Of a stretch of 64,000 nt of DNA, positions 12,707 to 24,225 are shown one piece after another. How positions within the stretch are numbered: the stretch's first letter is position 1; the number at the start of each line of letters is the position of its first letter. This DNA is from Raillietiella orientalis. Its lineage: Eukaryota. The stretch lies in NCBI GenBank assembly GCA_036172245.1, contig JAYWIR010000042.1, positions 1,488,001 through 1,552,000 of the forward strand, given 5' to 3'. The position numbers and the translations under genes are program-made. The notes beneath the pieces were generated by a model. It searched no databases. It was not told the DNA's origin and saw only the letters and a program-made list of their open reading frames with translations.

Positions 12707-12790
12707 GTCACACACTCTCAGGTGGAGTGGACGATGGTTAGCTCACAAAGCTATCCCTGAGGAGGCTAACGGTTCTTGAGTACTTAGCCT
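12707..12790 (+). mobile_element. Composite SINE-like element, copy B, displaced 3' tail
   Basis: TCACACACTCTCAGGTGGAGTGG...GGAGGCTAACGGTTCTTGAGTACTTAGCC matches the copy A tail (4144-4232) that is missing after 8782. Confidence 0.6.
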
Positions 12791-12799
12791 GACAAGGGA

Positions 12800-14459
12800 A
12801 TCGGAGGGGCAGACATCAGAAGGAAGGACTGCTTGCTCCTCGCTCACACTCTTTGATGATTTCCGGTCAGAAGAAGAAGAGGAACTGGGGTCAAATGCAT
12901 GACGAGCTCTAGACTCCAGTCAGACTGCCAGATGAGTCTTCGTGCTTCGCACCCAGCGAAGAATGATTGCTAGTAGGAACCTAATGGGACGAGAAGCTCG
13001 AGTTCGCGCGCCGTGCAGGAGCAGAAGACCGGATGCCAGCTGAAGCTCAGCCCCTCGCGTTCCAAAGGCACACAGAGCGGCATTCTCAGATAGGCGCGTC
13101 GGGATGGCGGCGGTCTCGTTCTCCTGACGACTGAAGCTTTCATCTCCCGTTACGGATACTTGCCCTTGCGACGCAGTTGTGGGGTGCCACCTGTTGCGAC
13201 CCTGACGCCTCCCCGTCGAGCAAGCCACCGGCAGCATGGGACTTGCGTCCTTCCTTGAGCGCCTTCGTCTCGCAACATCTCCCACTGCGGACTGCAGCTT
13301 CGGTGTGTGGCCACGCTCACCAGGAAGAACATCCATCCTCTGGATGTCCTGCCGCATCGCAAACGGCAGTGCCTGATTGCAGGAAACCGTTCACACATGA
13401 ACAAGAAACCAGGAACGATGCCCGGAAGAGGTACAATGTTACCTGTACGGGCGCCATAACAACTGCACGTTCCGAGAGATCCTCCAGGCTCCTGGAAGTG
13501 CGTGAACAGGAAGAACCTCCCTCACCGCAACGCTGTCCTCCCTGAAGGAACACATGGGTAGCAGCCTTGCGGCTAGATGGAAGGTTAGTGTGGAAATCTC
13601 AGCCAGGAGAAAAGGACTTTGTGAGTGGATGACGGGACAGATTGCGGACTCTGCAACCCCGAGTGTCCCACCTCGAGGACTTCTATGCTGGGGTGAACTG
13701 CTGGATATTGCGGAGTGAGACCTGCAGCGGCCCCCAGTGTTTCTGGACAGACGCTCCTCTCATTGAAGTGGCAGGAGTCATCCTTGCTGCTGCTGCAACG
13801 GGGTCGCCCGTGCACTGCCCGCAGGCATCCCTGGACACAGGGTGGGTGGGTGGACTCGAACTGTGCCAGGTAAGGGAAGAGCGAATCCCTCCCGCGCCTG
13901 CTTGTGGATTGTGTTGCCCTCCGGTTCCTCTGGGAACGGTTTTTCACGACCCTAGGTGCCTCCGGCGGCAGCTCCGGGGACTCTCTGAAACCCCTCCTCG
14001 CTCGCGGAGCACCTCGGCCGGCAGCCTTGCTAGCAGCTCTCTGCTGCCTACGCGGGATCGTCGCTGCTCGGAGCGACGCAAGAGGAGGTCACAGCGACAA
14101 GGATGTCATCCACTCCGTTGTCCGATTCATGAGGACGGCAACGAAATGGCCCCACCTGAAGTCCTGTCTGCAGCAAGAGCTTGACAGCATCCTCGAAAGG
14201 ATGCAGAGGACCACCCAGAGCAGGACATGATCCCTTCTCGTACCCCCCAAAGTTTATTTATTTATTTTTATTTTTGTTTCCTCTTCTTTTTCGTTTGCCT
14301 CCTCCCCTCTGCTGTCGTGGTAGTCCCCACCGGTCTGCGAACCGACTACCCGGCAGGTCTCCTTTGAAATGGGCGTGGCTGAACCATTAGTCCTACCACA
14401 AAAATTATGAATGCTTATTTTTATACCAAATAAACATCCCGGCATACCCGGGCGAGAAC
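12800..14459 (+). mobile_element. Tx1/L1-like LINE 3' fragment, copy 1 (zf-RVT region plus 3'UTR)
   Basis: CLLVDCVALRFLW..ALCCLRGIVAA..DKDVIHSVVRF, clearly similar to 18297-18743 and 60700-61130. Ends in the shared 3'UTR module. 5' boundary approximate. Confidence 0.75.
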
Positions 14460-15720
14460 TAAGATAGGCGGCGACCGTGTCGAATCCGCTGTCGAACATC
14501 GCCGACACTAGCTGTGGTGGCACACCTGTCAAGTCTGCATTCAGTTTCTGGAGGCTGCAGAGGATGTTGTCGTCTTCTTACGCGTGGGTTACTTTACTTG
14601 GTGCGTTCGGTGGTCGCCGTGGGTTAGCCAGGGGAAAATCGAATGCCGACTGCACTGAAGCAACTAGTTGTTGCCGAGGACACACGGAGAGGGGATGAGC
14701 ACAGATCTGCGTGCATCTGCTGGTTCTTGAGGATATTCTAGAGCGCTCGTGTACCCTGTTGGCACCGTAGTCGCCTGAGGCAGATGAGGCATATCGCTAG
14801 CATCACCTCTCTCCAGTCGATGAGCGGACTTTTCTAAAAGAGAGGGAGAGTCGATACTGTTGCAGCCTCTTCGTATAGCAAGCAATCCGAGAGTTCCTCA
14901 CTGGTGATTCTTCTTGCAAGCGACTCGCCACTTTGCAGACGTCCCGGGATCGAGTGCTATCTGGAGAAAAAAAGGGAAGCGCAATTGCGGTATTCTGCTG
15001 CGTCTTCTCTTGGGAAACTAAAATGGAGTGGACCTCGAGTCCGCGTGAGCTTCGGCTAGCCGGTAGGCAAGAAAGGAGCCGTTTCGAGAGAGATAAATCA
15101 CGAGGCATCGAGGAACGGAACTCCTCCTTTTATCCAGGACATCCGAGCTTCTCCATGAGCTCCGACTTAAGGCAGCATGGAGTCGTGGGTGTGGAGTCAC
15201 CGGACGAGGCTTTTCTTTTGTCTTCCTTGGCGAGTGCAGCGAGCATTCGAGTCACTGTGCTTGAAAAATAATTGGCCCACTCGAAGAGAATGAATGGGAT
15301 ACGGGGATATTTTGAGTCCGAAACAAGGAGGGGAAGAGGGTGGGAGCGGACCGCGCGCTTCATCGGACACCATGGGCCCGACATCCGGTGAGATGGGATT
15401 TGCCAATGTTAGGGGATGGGAGAGTTATTGATGGAAGAAGCTGGTGACCTTAGTTGAGATGGAATTGGGGAAGTTCACGTGCAGTTTCAAACCTTACCAG
15501 ATGGAGGACGGCAGGGCGGCGGCCATGATGGTTGCTTGCCCCTATCCAGGTGAAGTGGCGCAACACGTGGTCAGTTGGAGACAAGGCAGGGAGATAGGAA
15601 CTCGTGCAGAGGGATCAGACTGCAGCATCTTGTCATCCCGAGCAAAGTCACCATTTGGGGATTCTTTTCGAAGAGTGTTTTCGGTGGGTCTGGTCCAAAA
15701 TCCCGAACACCCTGAAAAAT
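14460..15720 (-). mobile_element. Highly decayed Tx1/L1-like ORF2 remnant (linker and RT)
   Basis: Minus-strand motifs RMSWIKGG, GCNSIDSPSLL (KAFDSVD-like), RRSVLIPSP (RQGCPLSP-like) and HA*EDDNIL (YADD-like) occur in the correct order. Confidence 0.45.
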
Positions 15721-15759
15721 CATAAAAAAACACACACACAGATAGGCTTATTCTACCAG

Positions 15760-16815
15760 CACACACCACCACTTTAAAATTCACTTAGACTCATTGGCAC
15801 ACATTTTATTAATAAAATTAATAAGCTGTTGGTTTTATTCTTGATATATACACATATATTAAAGAGTCCAGGAAAAAAATGCATATGCTTATTGTGTAGA
15901 TCGATATAGATGTCTTCTATATATATATATATATATTTCTGTACGTATACATATACATACGCATACATGCTTGTATGTATGTATACACATATACATGTAT
16001 GTATTTTTATTTATATAGACATGTTTATTTATATAAGGAATACATATTTAATGAATACATGAATATCGAATTTAAAAAAATGAGGAATCATTGTGACAAT
16101 TAAAAATGCTGCAAAGGATTAAAAATGGAAAAAAATTAAAAAAAAGGAAAATGTGACGTAGCGAAACAGGAAGGGAGGATGGCAGACGGGGAAGAGCCAA
16201 CCCACTCCACGTTTTCAGGTGTTTTCATTCTTTTTTGTTTATTTAATTTGTTGGCATTTTTTTTTTTTTTTTACGATCTCCGCAACAGTTATGTTTGAAA
16301 ATTCGATATCTTCATATTCATTCAGTATATATGAACATCGATAATAAGCACACATGTTTATTATCTTTAAGTATACATAGTATCTATATGATATATGAAT
16401 TACCTATACATGTATAAGCAACAGCTTATATAGATAATATGTATGTATTTATGTATAATATCTATATAAGCTAGCGTGTATCTATCTATCTATCTATATA
16501 TCCAAGTGATATATGTATTATCTACATATATATAATCAACAGCTTAGATGGATAATATATATACATATATATAATATCCATGTAAGCTAATATCATTATA
16601 TGTAAATATCTGTAAATATTGAGTATACAAGAAGCATATACATTTATTTCCCATAACCTTTAATATATATATCAACAATGTAATCAACAGCTTATTAATC
16701 GTATTCATAAAATATATGTCGCTGAATCTCAATGAATATATCTGTTCCATTAGTTTCCTGTCAACAAGGTGTACATTAATAAATATGAGTAACTGTGCAT
16801 ATTAAAGTAAACATG
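15760..16815. mobile_element. AT-rich foldback/MITE-like element with long imperfect inverted arms
   Basis: 15818-15895 (TTAATAAGCTGTTGGTTTTATTCTTGATATATA..ATATTAAAG..GGAAAAAAATGCATATGCTT) is the reverse complement of ~16625-16700. 16050-16075 pairs with 16298-16325. A GC-richer spacer lies at ~16160-16215. Confidence 0.7.
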
Positions 16816-16829
16816 TGTGAATCTACGCA

Positions 16830-17150
16830 GCGTAAGCGCACGTGCGTTCCTTTCTGATGATCTTTCGGGCTTCTGGTCGGCTGCGGTTGTTCTCGGTGAC
16901 CTCCAAGAGGCAGGCGCTCCTCTCGTCGACGGCATTCCGCAGGGCGTCGTCGTCGACCGACGGCGGGCGTCGCAGGCCGTCGAAGGGGGCCGTCTCCCAG
17001 CCGAGGAGCGAAGCGTGGAGAGTCGCTTCGGACGATCCCTGCAGGGAGCCGGCGTGCTCCCCGATGGACCGTTCTCTCGTCTCCGGGTCGGGAGCCCTGG
17101 TGGCGACGGACCCGTCTCGGCGGCGCCGCAAGAGCAGCGGGAAAGCTGAA
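16830..17150 (-). mobile_element. Tx1/L1-like EN-RT linker fragment
   Basis: Minus-strand APDPETRERSIGE...TLHASLL resembles the post-endonuclease linker. Orientation is the same as the neighbouring minus-strand LINE fragments. Confidence 0.35.
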
Positions 17151-17159
17151 GAAAGAAGA

Positions 17160-18989
17160 GGGAGAGTTAGCTGGGAACGGAAGGAAGGCTCCAGCAGGAG
17201 GGAGGATGCTCCCCATGTCCACCCCGGCGTCGGCGGTCGAAAACTTTTTCGAGCTGCTGCGTCGCGGGACAGGACTGGAGGTGATCAGAGCGAAGTCGTC
17301 CGTGGTTGCAGTCGGTTCGTCGTGGGCAAAGCAGCAGGACTGGTTCCGCTTGGGGATCCCCACGGTGCGGTACTTCAAGTACCTCAGTGTGCCGTTGGGG
17401 GAATACTCTCCGGTGGAGGCGTGGTCTGGCTGCCTCCATAAGGCAGCCAGACCGGAGAAGGCGATCGGCCCGTTCCTGGGTGGCGAGTTTTTCTTGAACG
17501 GGCCGTGGTGTGGAACACGTTCGTGGCCCCCCTTTCTCGCCACTTGCTTTTTGTTTGCCCCCCCACCCTGCGGTGTGAAGAGGTGGACGAAGGACCTACT
17601 GAGGATCGCCCTTTGGGGCAGAGGGAGGCTCCGAGTCCGCCTGAAGGACCTGTGTGCTCCGCGTCGCGATGGAGGCCTCGGCCTCCTGACGCTGGAGCGG
17701 CTGCAACTGCAGCTGCAGTTCAGGACGCTAGCCCTAGTGGCGCAGTTCTGGAGCACTAGCTGGTGCGAGCCTGCTTCAGCGAGCCAGCGGCTGCGCGGGA
17801 CTGTCTACCTTCCTAGCGCGCCGCAAACGCCGGTACTTGTTCCACTGCGGACCGGCACTTCGGCGAGTGGTCAAGCTGACCAGGATGAACACCTGGATCT
17901 CCTGCCGACCCGCGAACGGCACTTCCTGGTTGCACGTGGGCCTTTCCTTCGCACGTGGGCTCAAATTGAGGAAACGAGCCCGGAGTTGCGGCAGCGACTG
18001 CTGCACTCCTTTTACAACAGCCACTCGCTGCAGAACATTATCGTGCAGCCCGCCTCGAGTGCGTGAGCTGAGAGAACCTCACTTGCCGCAGCTCTACTCC
18101 ACCTCAGGGAGCACCTGAGCAGTATCAGCCGGCCAAGTGGCAGGTCCGTTGTAGCATCTCAAGAAGAGAGAAGGAACAAGGTGGTTGGACGACGGGCCAG
18201 CTAGTTGACGCCGCGACCCCAAGTGCCCTACCGAAAGGACTACTGCACTGGGGCGAGCTGCTGAGCATCCCGCTGGATGTACTCCAGTGGCTCCCAGTGC
18301 TGAAGAATACCCGGGCCCACCCCCTGAAGTGGCAGGAGTCGGCGTTCCTGGTATTGCACTGGAGACTCCCCAGCAACGCCCGCCGATCTCACTGGACGAG
18401 GGGGGCTGTGGACCCAAACTGTGTCAGGTGCGGGGAACGGGAATCCTTCCCGCACCTGCTTCTTGACTGTGCTGCCCTCCGGCCCCTGTGGTTGCGTTTC
18501 GCAACGGCCCTTGGTGCAACCATGAACAGCCCCAGAGACGTATTGAAGCGCCTCTTTGTGCGCGACGCTCTTTCGCCTGCCGCAGCCCTTTGCTGCCTAC
18601 GTGGGATTGTGGAGGCCTGGGGCACCGCCACTGGTAGACCGAACGATAGGGATATCATCTGCTCCGTTCTGCGCTTCCTGAGGGGATGGTCCCATCAGGG
18701 ACGTATGCGGACTGAACTTGCCGGCATCCTGGGAAGGATGTAGAGGACGACCCCAGAGGAACATGATCCCTGCCCCGACCCCTCCCTGCTTTTGTGAATA
18801 GTGTTTTCTTTTTTTGTTTTTATTTGTCCCTTCCCCTTCCGCTGCCGAGTCGAACTCGTCGGCCTGCGCGCTGGCAACTCGGCAAGTTCAAAGTATTTTT
18901 TATCGGACGCTGTAGGGGCAATGGCCCTACACATGCTTGTTTGGTTTTTTTCAGAAAAAATAAACGCCCCAGCGCACCCGGGTGTGAAA
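17160..18989 (+). mobile_element. Tx1/L1-like LINE 3' fragment, copy 2 (best preserved)
   Basis: FKYLSVPL, LWGRGRLRVRLKDLCAPRRDGGLGLL, zf-RVT LKWQESAFLVLHWRLP...CVRCGERESFPHLLLDC; T-rich 3'UTR ending AATAAACGCCCCAGCGCACCCGGGTGTGAA. Confidence 0.85.
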
Positions 18990-21700
18990 GCAGGAGGGAG
19001 GAAGGGACGGCGAGAGTGGTCGTGACCCTCGAAGAGGGAGAGCCACCAGAGACGGCGCTCTTTCGACTGCGTCCTTCGAGCTCTCTATCCACCCTCTTCC
19101 TGCCCTGGAGCCCTCGGATGGATGGAGGATCAGTGCGGTCCGGTCGTCCACGCGCTAAACCGCCGCTCACCGGAAGCGAGAGGCCGAGACAGGAAGGAGG
19201 AGGGCGTCCGCGTTCTTGTGACTCGGCTCGGCTGGCTCCGGGAGGCAGCACGGGAGCGTGCGTGGGACCCAAGCAAGGGCTTAACTGACCAGACTCTCCC
19301 CTAGGGCAGGAGAAGGGGGAGAGGTGCGGGCGTCGAGGAACCACGGGAGAGAGTCTGTTCGAACTCTATAGTCTATTCGAACCAGGAAACCGGAGGTCCT
19401 CGCTCCCTCTATTTGCTCAGCCTTTCCAAGAGGCGGAGAGATCTCCTTTGGTCGTCGGACGTGCTTCCCGGCCGGAGGGAGGGAATTCCCAAGTGGACCA
19501 ACACCCCGAAAGGGAGGTCATGGGAGAAGGCTCGCAGCTGGGAGGCGACCCATGCTGGTCGTCAGACCCTCGAAGAGCGCTTTTTGTTTTTTCCCCCATC
19601 CCCCTCCACTGCTGAGAAGAGTCACGCTGGTCTGCGTCCCGGCGTCCCGGTAGGTCCGGCGTTGTGTTGTCCGTTAGTGGGGCCTTGTACCACGTTCTGT
19701 AGATGACTTGAATAAACGTCCCGGAGGATCGGGGTGGCAACGACGGAGAGCGCACGGTACCTGGGCTCCAAGGGTGGAGAGGTATTCCACTGTCCACTGG
19801 ACCTTCGACCGAGGACCCTTTCGAAGTGGCGAGTACGCGGAGGGCAAGGAGGGTCCAGAAGAAAGGAGGCGGGGAGTCCAGCAGGCGTGGGAGGGCACTG
19901 GAACGTCCCGGCCGGTCTCCCAGGCATTTTTGCGACAAGCGCTCGGCGACCCTCTCTCGGAGATGTTCCAGAAGTAGCCGCTCAAAATCTCTCCACTCCT
20001 CTCCTCCCCCTTCTACCCAGTCGAGACGAGAGAAAAAGGCGGACTTCTTGATCCCTTTCTTCTTCCCTTTCCTCCCGCGGTAAGTCGGGAATCACGCGCA
20101 CCATTCCGAGGGGAAGCGGGAGGAATCAATCTGACGGATTTCAGTCGGGGCGAGGGACCTCTGGGAAGGATTTCCACTCAGTGCACCAGTGCGCCTAAAG
20201 AGCCAGGGGACCTCTGCGGACGTGTTCTCCCCGTTTCTTCCAGCGTGGTGGAGCTTGCGGGAGAGGGAGATGACCTTTCGTTTTTTCTCAGGGGAAAAGC
20301 AGTGACCACAGTTCGCCTTCCCCCTCTCCCTTGCTCGTGCGTGCATGCAGTGACACGGAGGGAAAAAGGGTCTATTGGGGGAGAAAGGGAGAGGAGGAGG
20401 GGAAGGAGGACAAGGGCAAGGCCCGCACGCGACGACCTGGAAAGCAGCTGAAAATGGACGCGCTCCCGGACGTCGCAGGACCTGACGAGACAAGAAGAGG
20501 CGAGGCGGAGGAAAGGAATCGAGACGGCCGCAGCAGGAAGGCAAGGTGCCAAGGTGATCTCGAGAAGATGCTAGCGGGTTTGGGGGCGGATCCGGAAAGG
20601 GGTGTCACAGAGCCTCATTGTGAATGCTGACTGGAAGGTCGAAGCAGGGTGATGATGACCTTGGCGTGGTGGAAGATGCCCAAACCAGCCTCTTCAGGGA
20701 GGGAATTCCTGGATAAGGTACCTGCGTAAGCCCGTGGACCCAAGGACTTGGCTGCTTCCCCGGAGAGCGACTCCGAGGCAATTTGTGTTCTGCTTCCGTG
20801 CAGGGTCGGGAGGACGCAGAGTGAAAGTTCCTAGAGAGGTCCTGGGATAAACTGAAAGAAAGAAGGCACTCCAGGAATCGTTGGGATCGATCCTTTAATG
20901 CATTGGGAGCGATGCAAGCTGCACGTCTCTTCGTGAGCTTCTGGCACCACTACTTCCTCGCGGATTAACTGCTTGTGCCACCGGACAAAAACTCTGACGT
21001 CTCCAGCCTCAAGCATCTGGGCCATGCTCTCCGTCCTCGAGATCTCGGACGCCACTGCTTTCCCGGAGGCTGGATCAGTTCGCTGCGGAGGACCTCTGCC
21101 GTCAGACTGCACGCAGCTGCATCCCAGAAGCCCTGGAGCGACGACGGATCTCCACTCTCCGAAGGGCTTGGTGGATCACGGAGGAAACTTCTTGAGGCTT
21201 ACGAGAAGGACCACCGTGGATGCGCTCGCGTCCCGATGGTGCTTTTCTTGAAGGGACTTTCTTTCTTCTCCTCGTCCGATCACTTCCCGTGGATAGCTTC
21301 TGGAACCCGCTAAATCCCAGTTGCACGTCCGGCTGCCTCTTTCCCGCAGTCTCATTGGCCTTTCTTCGCTGGACCATTTCCAGCTCTTCCTCTTTCTCGT
21401 CTTTCTAATTGTCGCTCCGGGGAAAGTCCTCCTGTGATGCCGGTTGTGAGCACCCGCGGATGTCTTCGCCAAAAATCGTCGGCAGCCCAGCACTGACGCG
21501 ATGCGTGATCGTGCTCCGTCCAAACATCGAGGCCACTGTTTCCTCGCCGTCTTTCCTGTCGGGGATTTCCGGGACGAATGGGGAAGGTGCGCGTGGCCTG
21601 ACCGTTTGGCGCCATCTGGAGGACTCCTGGGACCTCTGCTTCCTCGAGGGTCTGACTGCTTGTCCAATCGCGCTTTGAGTGGGGCAGCGCGGCACCAACG
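18990..21700 (-). mobile_element. Decayed Tx1/L1-like 5' part (ORF1-like and endonuclease-like remnants)
   Basis: LPSAYSP..EYLSTL (NVYAP-like) at ~19850; VLLVSLKKFPP and IPGVPSFFQF (ORF1-like) at 20850-21210. Weak motifs, boundaries uncertain. Confidence 0.3.
19580..19741 (+). mobile_element. Solo 3'UTR module of the Tx1-like family
   Basis: TTTTTGTTTTTTCCCCCATCCCCCTCCACTGCTG..GGTCTGCG..CCCGGTAGG..AATAAACGTCCCGGAGGATCGGGGTGGCAAC parallels 14270-14459 and 18815-18989. Confidence 0.55.
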
Positions 21701-22069
21701 GGCTACTCGAGGGTCCACCGTTGCTTTTTCTTTCGAAATTCTGGCACCATTGGCAATTCTCACTTTCCGAAAGGAGAAGCAGCACCGGGAGAGGTCGGAC
21801 TAAAGAAACCCGGGAAAGCGCGAGCGAAACTCGTCACCGGGGAGACGGGAAAGGAGGAGGAGAACCCAAGCATCGCGCCTCTCCCTATGCCCCCTGCTCC
21901 CTAGTTGTTTTCCCGTTTTTTTGTCTCTTTCTCTCTCTCTTGAGAGAGAGAGAAAGGGGTGAGACTGAGGTCCTCTTTCCCTCGGAAAAGAACCTCTCTC
22001 TTTTTGCCCCATCCTCTTCCTCTCCCCTACCCACTCTTTTCATCCGCATCCTCTGCTCCATTGATGCTT

Positions 22070-23353
22070 TTAAATGGCTCCGAGAACCCGTCGACCCTTC
22101 GTGAAGAACATGCTCATCCCGACGACGGAAAGCAGGAACAGGCAAAGCATCAGGAAGATGAAGGAGAGCTTGCAGGCGCGCAGCCGGCAGTGCTGCGACG
22201 CCACCTTGCGGTCCACCTCTTCCACGCGTTCCCTCTCGAGCGTGAGGCTCCCCACTGCCAGCATCCTGTAGGCCACCTGGAAAGATCCCGGGGCGGGCTT
22301 GGATTCTGAGGACGGCTCTACGATGACGAGACACTGCCCACTTTGCTCTCTTCCCTCCTTCCTTTATCGGAAGAGGAGAGGCAAATGGGGGAGGGGCGGA
22401 GACCAGAAGGGGCCGCACGAGGGAAGGTTAAGGTTGCTAGGAAGGGAAGCTTTGAGCTGCCTCCCTTCACCAGGATCGCCTCTTCCCTTTGCCTGCAGCG
22501 CTGTTTCTTCCTTCGGTTCCGCTGTTGCCTTCTCCAGGACGACATCTTGCGGGAAGCGTACGGAAGATGGCACTTGGCGCAGCTGTGGCTGCAGAGATTT
22601 GCCACCATCACACCGCACACACTCCAAAAGGGCAGGTTCCGTCGTCTGATCCCCCTCCCCCCGCCCGTAAGAGTGATGCCTCCCTATTCTCCTTCGGCCT
22701 CTCAGGTTACCAGTCGCGTCCCGTCCCCCTTCCTCCCGCTCACCCCGTCCCCAGCCCCAGCGCTCACTTACTTCCTGGTTATTCCGAAACGCTGGGTCGT
22801 CACCGTCTGGAAGCGTCCTTTCGTCCAGGCTATCATGGGAGGGATTATCCCTCGGCTGTTCCCCATGGGTTCCAGCAACGAGGCTCCCGCAGGGATCGAG
22901 GAGGTGGGCGCCGTTCAGCCCGTCAGCAGAGAAGAGGAACCATCTTCCCATCGCCACGTGCCGGCTCACGGGAAGGCGCGCGAGGGGAGAGAGTCTTTCG
23001 GCACGGGACGAGAAGCTGGAGATGGTTACAGAATTTCCTACGGGGTCGCCTCCATCCGCTCCCTGCACTCGGCGAGGCGGGGGGACGGCCGCAGCGATCT
23101 GACGCCGCAGGGCAGCGTCGGAGGAGCCGTGGCTCCTCAGGGGGTGCTTCTTCTTCAGGGCCAGTATGAACTGCTTCAGAATGACGCTCGAGTTGGAAGC
23201 AAGCTCTTCCTCGTTGGGAGCCGGAGGCAGGGAGGACAGGGTCGAGGACGCGGAAGTGGTCAGGAAGTTCCTCGTCAGAGAATCGCGGATGCTGTAAACG
23301 GAAGCGTAGGAGGACAAGGATTCCGGATTTGCCGCTTCGTCACCGGCATCCAT
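22070..23353 (-). CDS. Putative uncharacterised protein with a C-terminal transmembrane helix (multi-exon model uncertain)
   Basis: ATG at 23353 opens a long frame with GTGAG (22969) and GTAAGT (22771) donors. A terminal exon after TTTCCAG at 22276 encodes ...QHCRLRACKLSFIFLMLCLFLLSVVGMSMFFTKGRRVLGAI*. Internal acceptors are weak. Confidence 0.45.
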
Positions 23354-24225
23354 CGAGGAAAGGAGTGACCGCGCACGAGGGCGGCGGCAGCCTCTCCCGC
23401 GATTCCTTCGGGCGAGACAGAGTTCCTCCGCCGCTTCCGACTTCAGATGGTCATCCCATGAAGCACACAGCTTTTGGCTTTCCGTACTTTTTTTCCGTTT
23501 TGCTTTTTATTCCAGTTTCGTCTTTTCCTCCTTCGTCAAGGACAAGCACCATTGGACGACGTTGGGGAACTGGGAAAGAACGAAAGCACACATTTCATCA
23601 CGTCATGCGGCGGAGAAGTTTCGAAGGGACACGCGAATACGCACACGGACGAGTTTGCAGACATCCAGCGGCAGCTGCAAACGCCGTCTTCTGGACACGG
23701 GCTTTCATGCAATGCGGAAGAAGAAGAAAAAAAAACTCGTTTTCCCAACATGGATGCCGGTTCCGATCTCGCTCGCTTCCGTGTTGCTTTGATCTCGATC
23801 TCGCGCTTCGCTTTGCGCAGGTCGAGAAGGTTCCCCTTGTCCAACTCCTCCCCCCCCCTTTCTGTTTTAAGAGCGGGGAGACGGTCCCCACTGAGAAAGC
23901 ACCACTCGATTGGATTCATTCCTCTGAAACGCGTTGCAAGGCTGCCCGAGCTGACCAGGAAGCGCGAGACCCCGGCAGGCGCGCGTTCTCGCCCCTCATG
24001 CGTCTGGACCCTCACTCTTCGATCCGGACAACCTACAAAAGAGAGCGGGTAAGAGACCACTCGAAACAACCTCAATTACAAGGCCACACTAATTAAACTT
24101 CGTCACTGGTGATACGACACTATGCAGCTTCACTGATCTCGAACTGGGCGGTAGCTTTCCGTCCAACCCTACTCTCGGAAAGCAGGTCTCTGCCATTGAC
24201 TGGAACGTAAGCTGATGCAGTCATT

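Noticed and set aside
12699..12707. Influenza-like terminal AGTAGAAA next to the EVE ATG
   Set aside because: Wrong sense for a coding-strand 5' end and only 8 nt long.
16830..17160. 5' inversion (twin priming) of Tx1 copy 2
   Set aside because: The inverted piece comes from far upstream in ORF2 and fits better as part of the older minus-strand element.
16776..17756. 326-aa minus-strand ORF and similar long GC-rich ORFs
   Set aside because: Shadow frames of LINE sequence or high-GC DNA.
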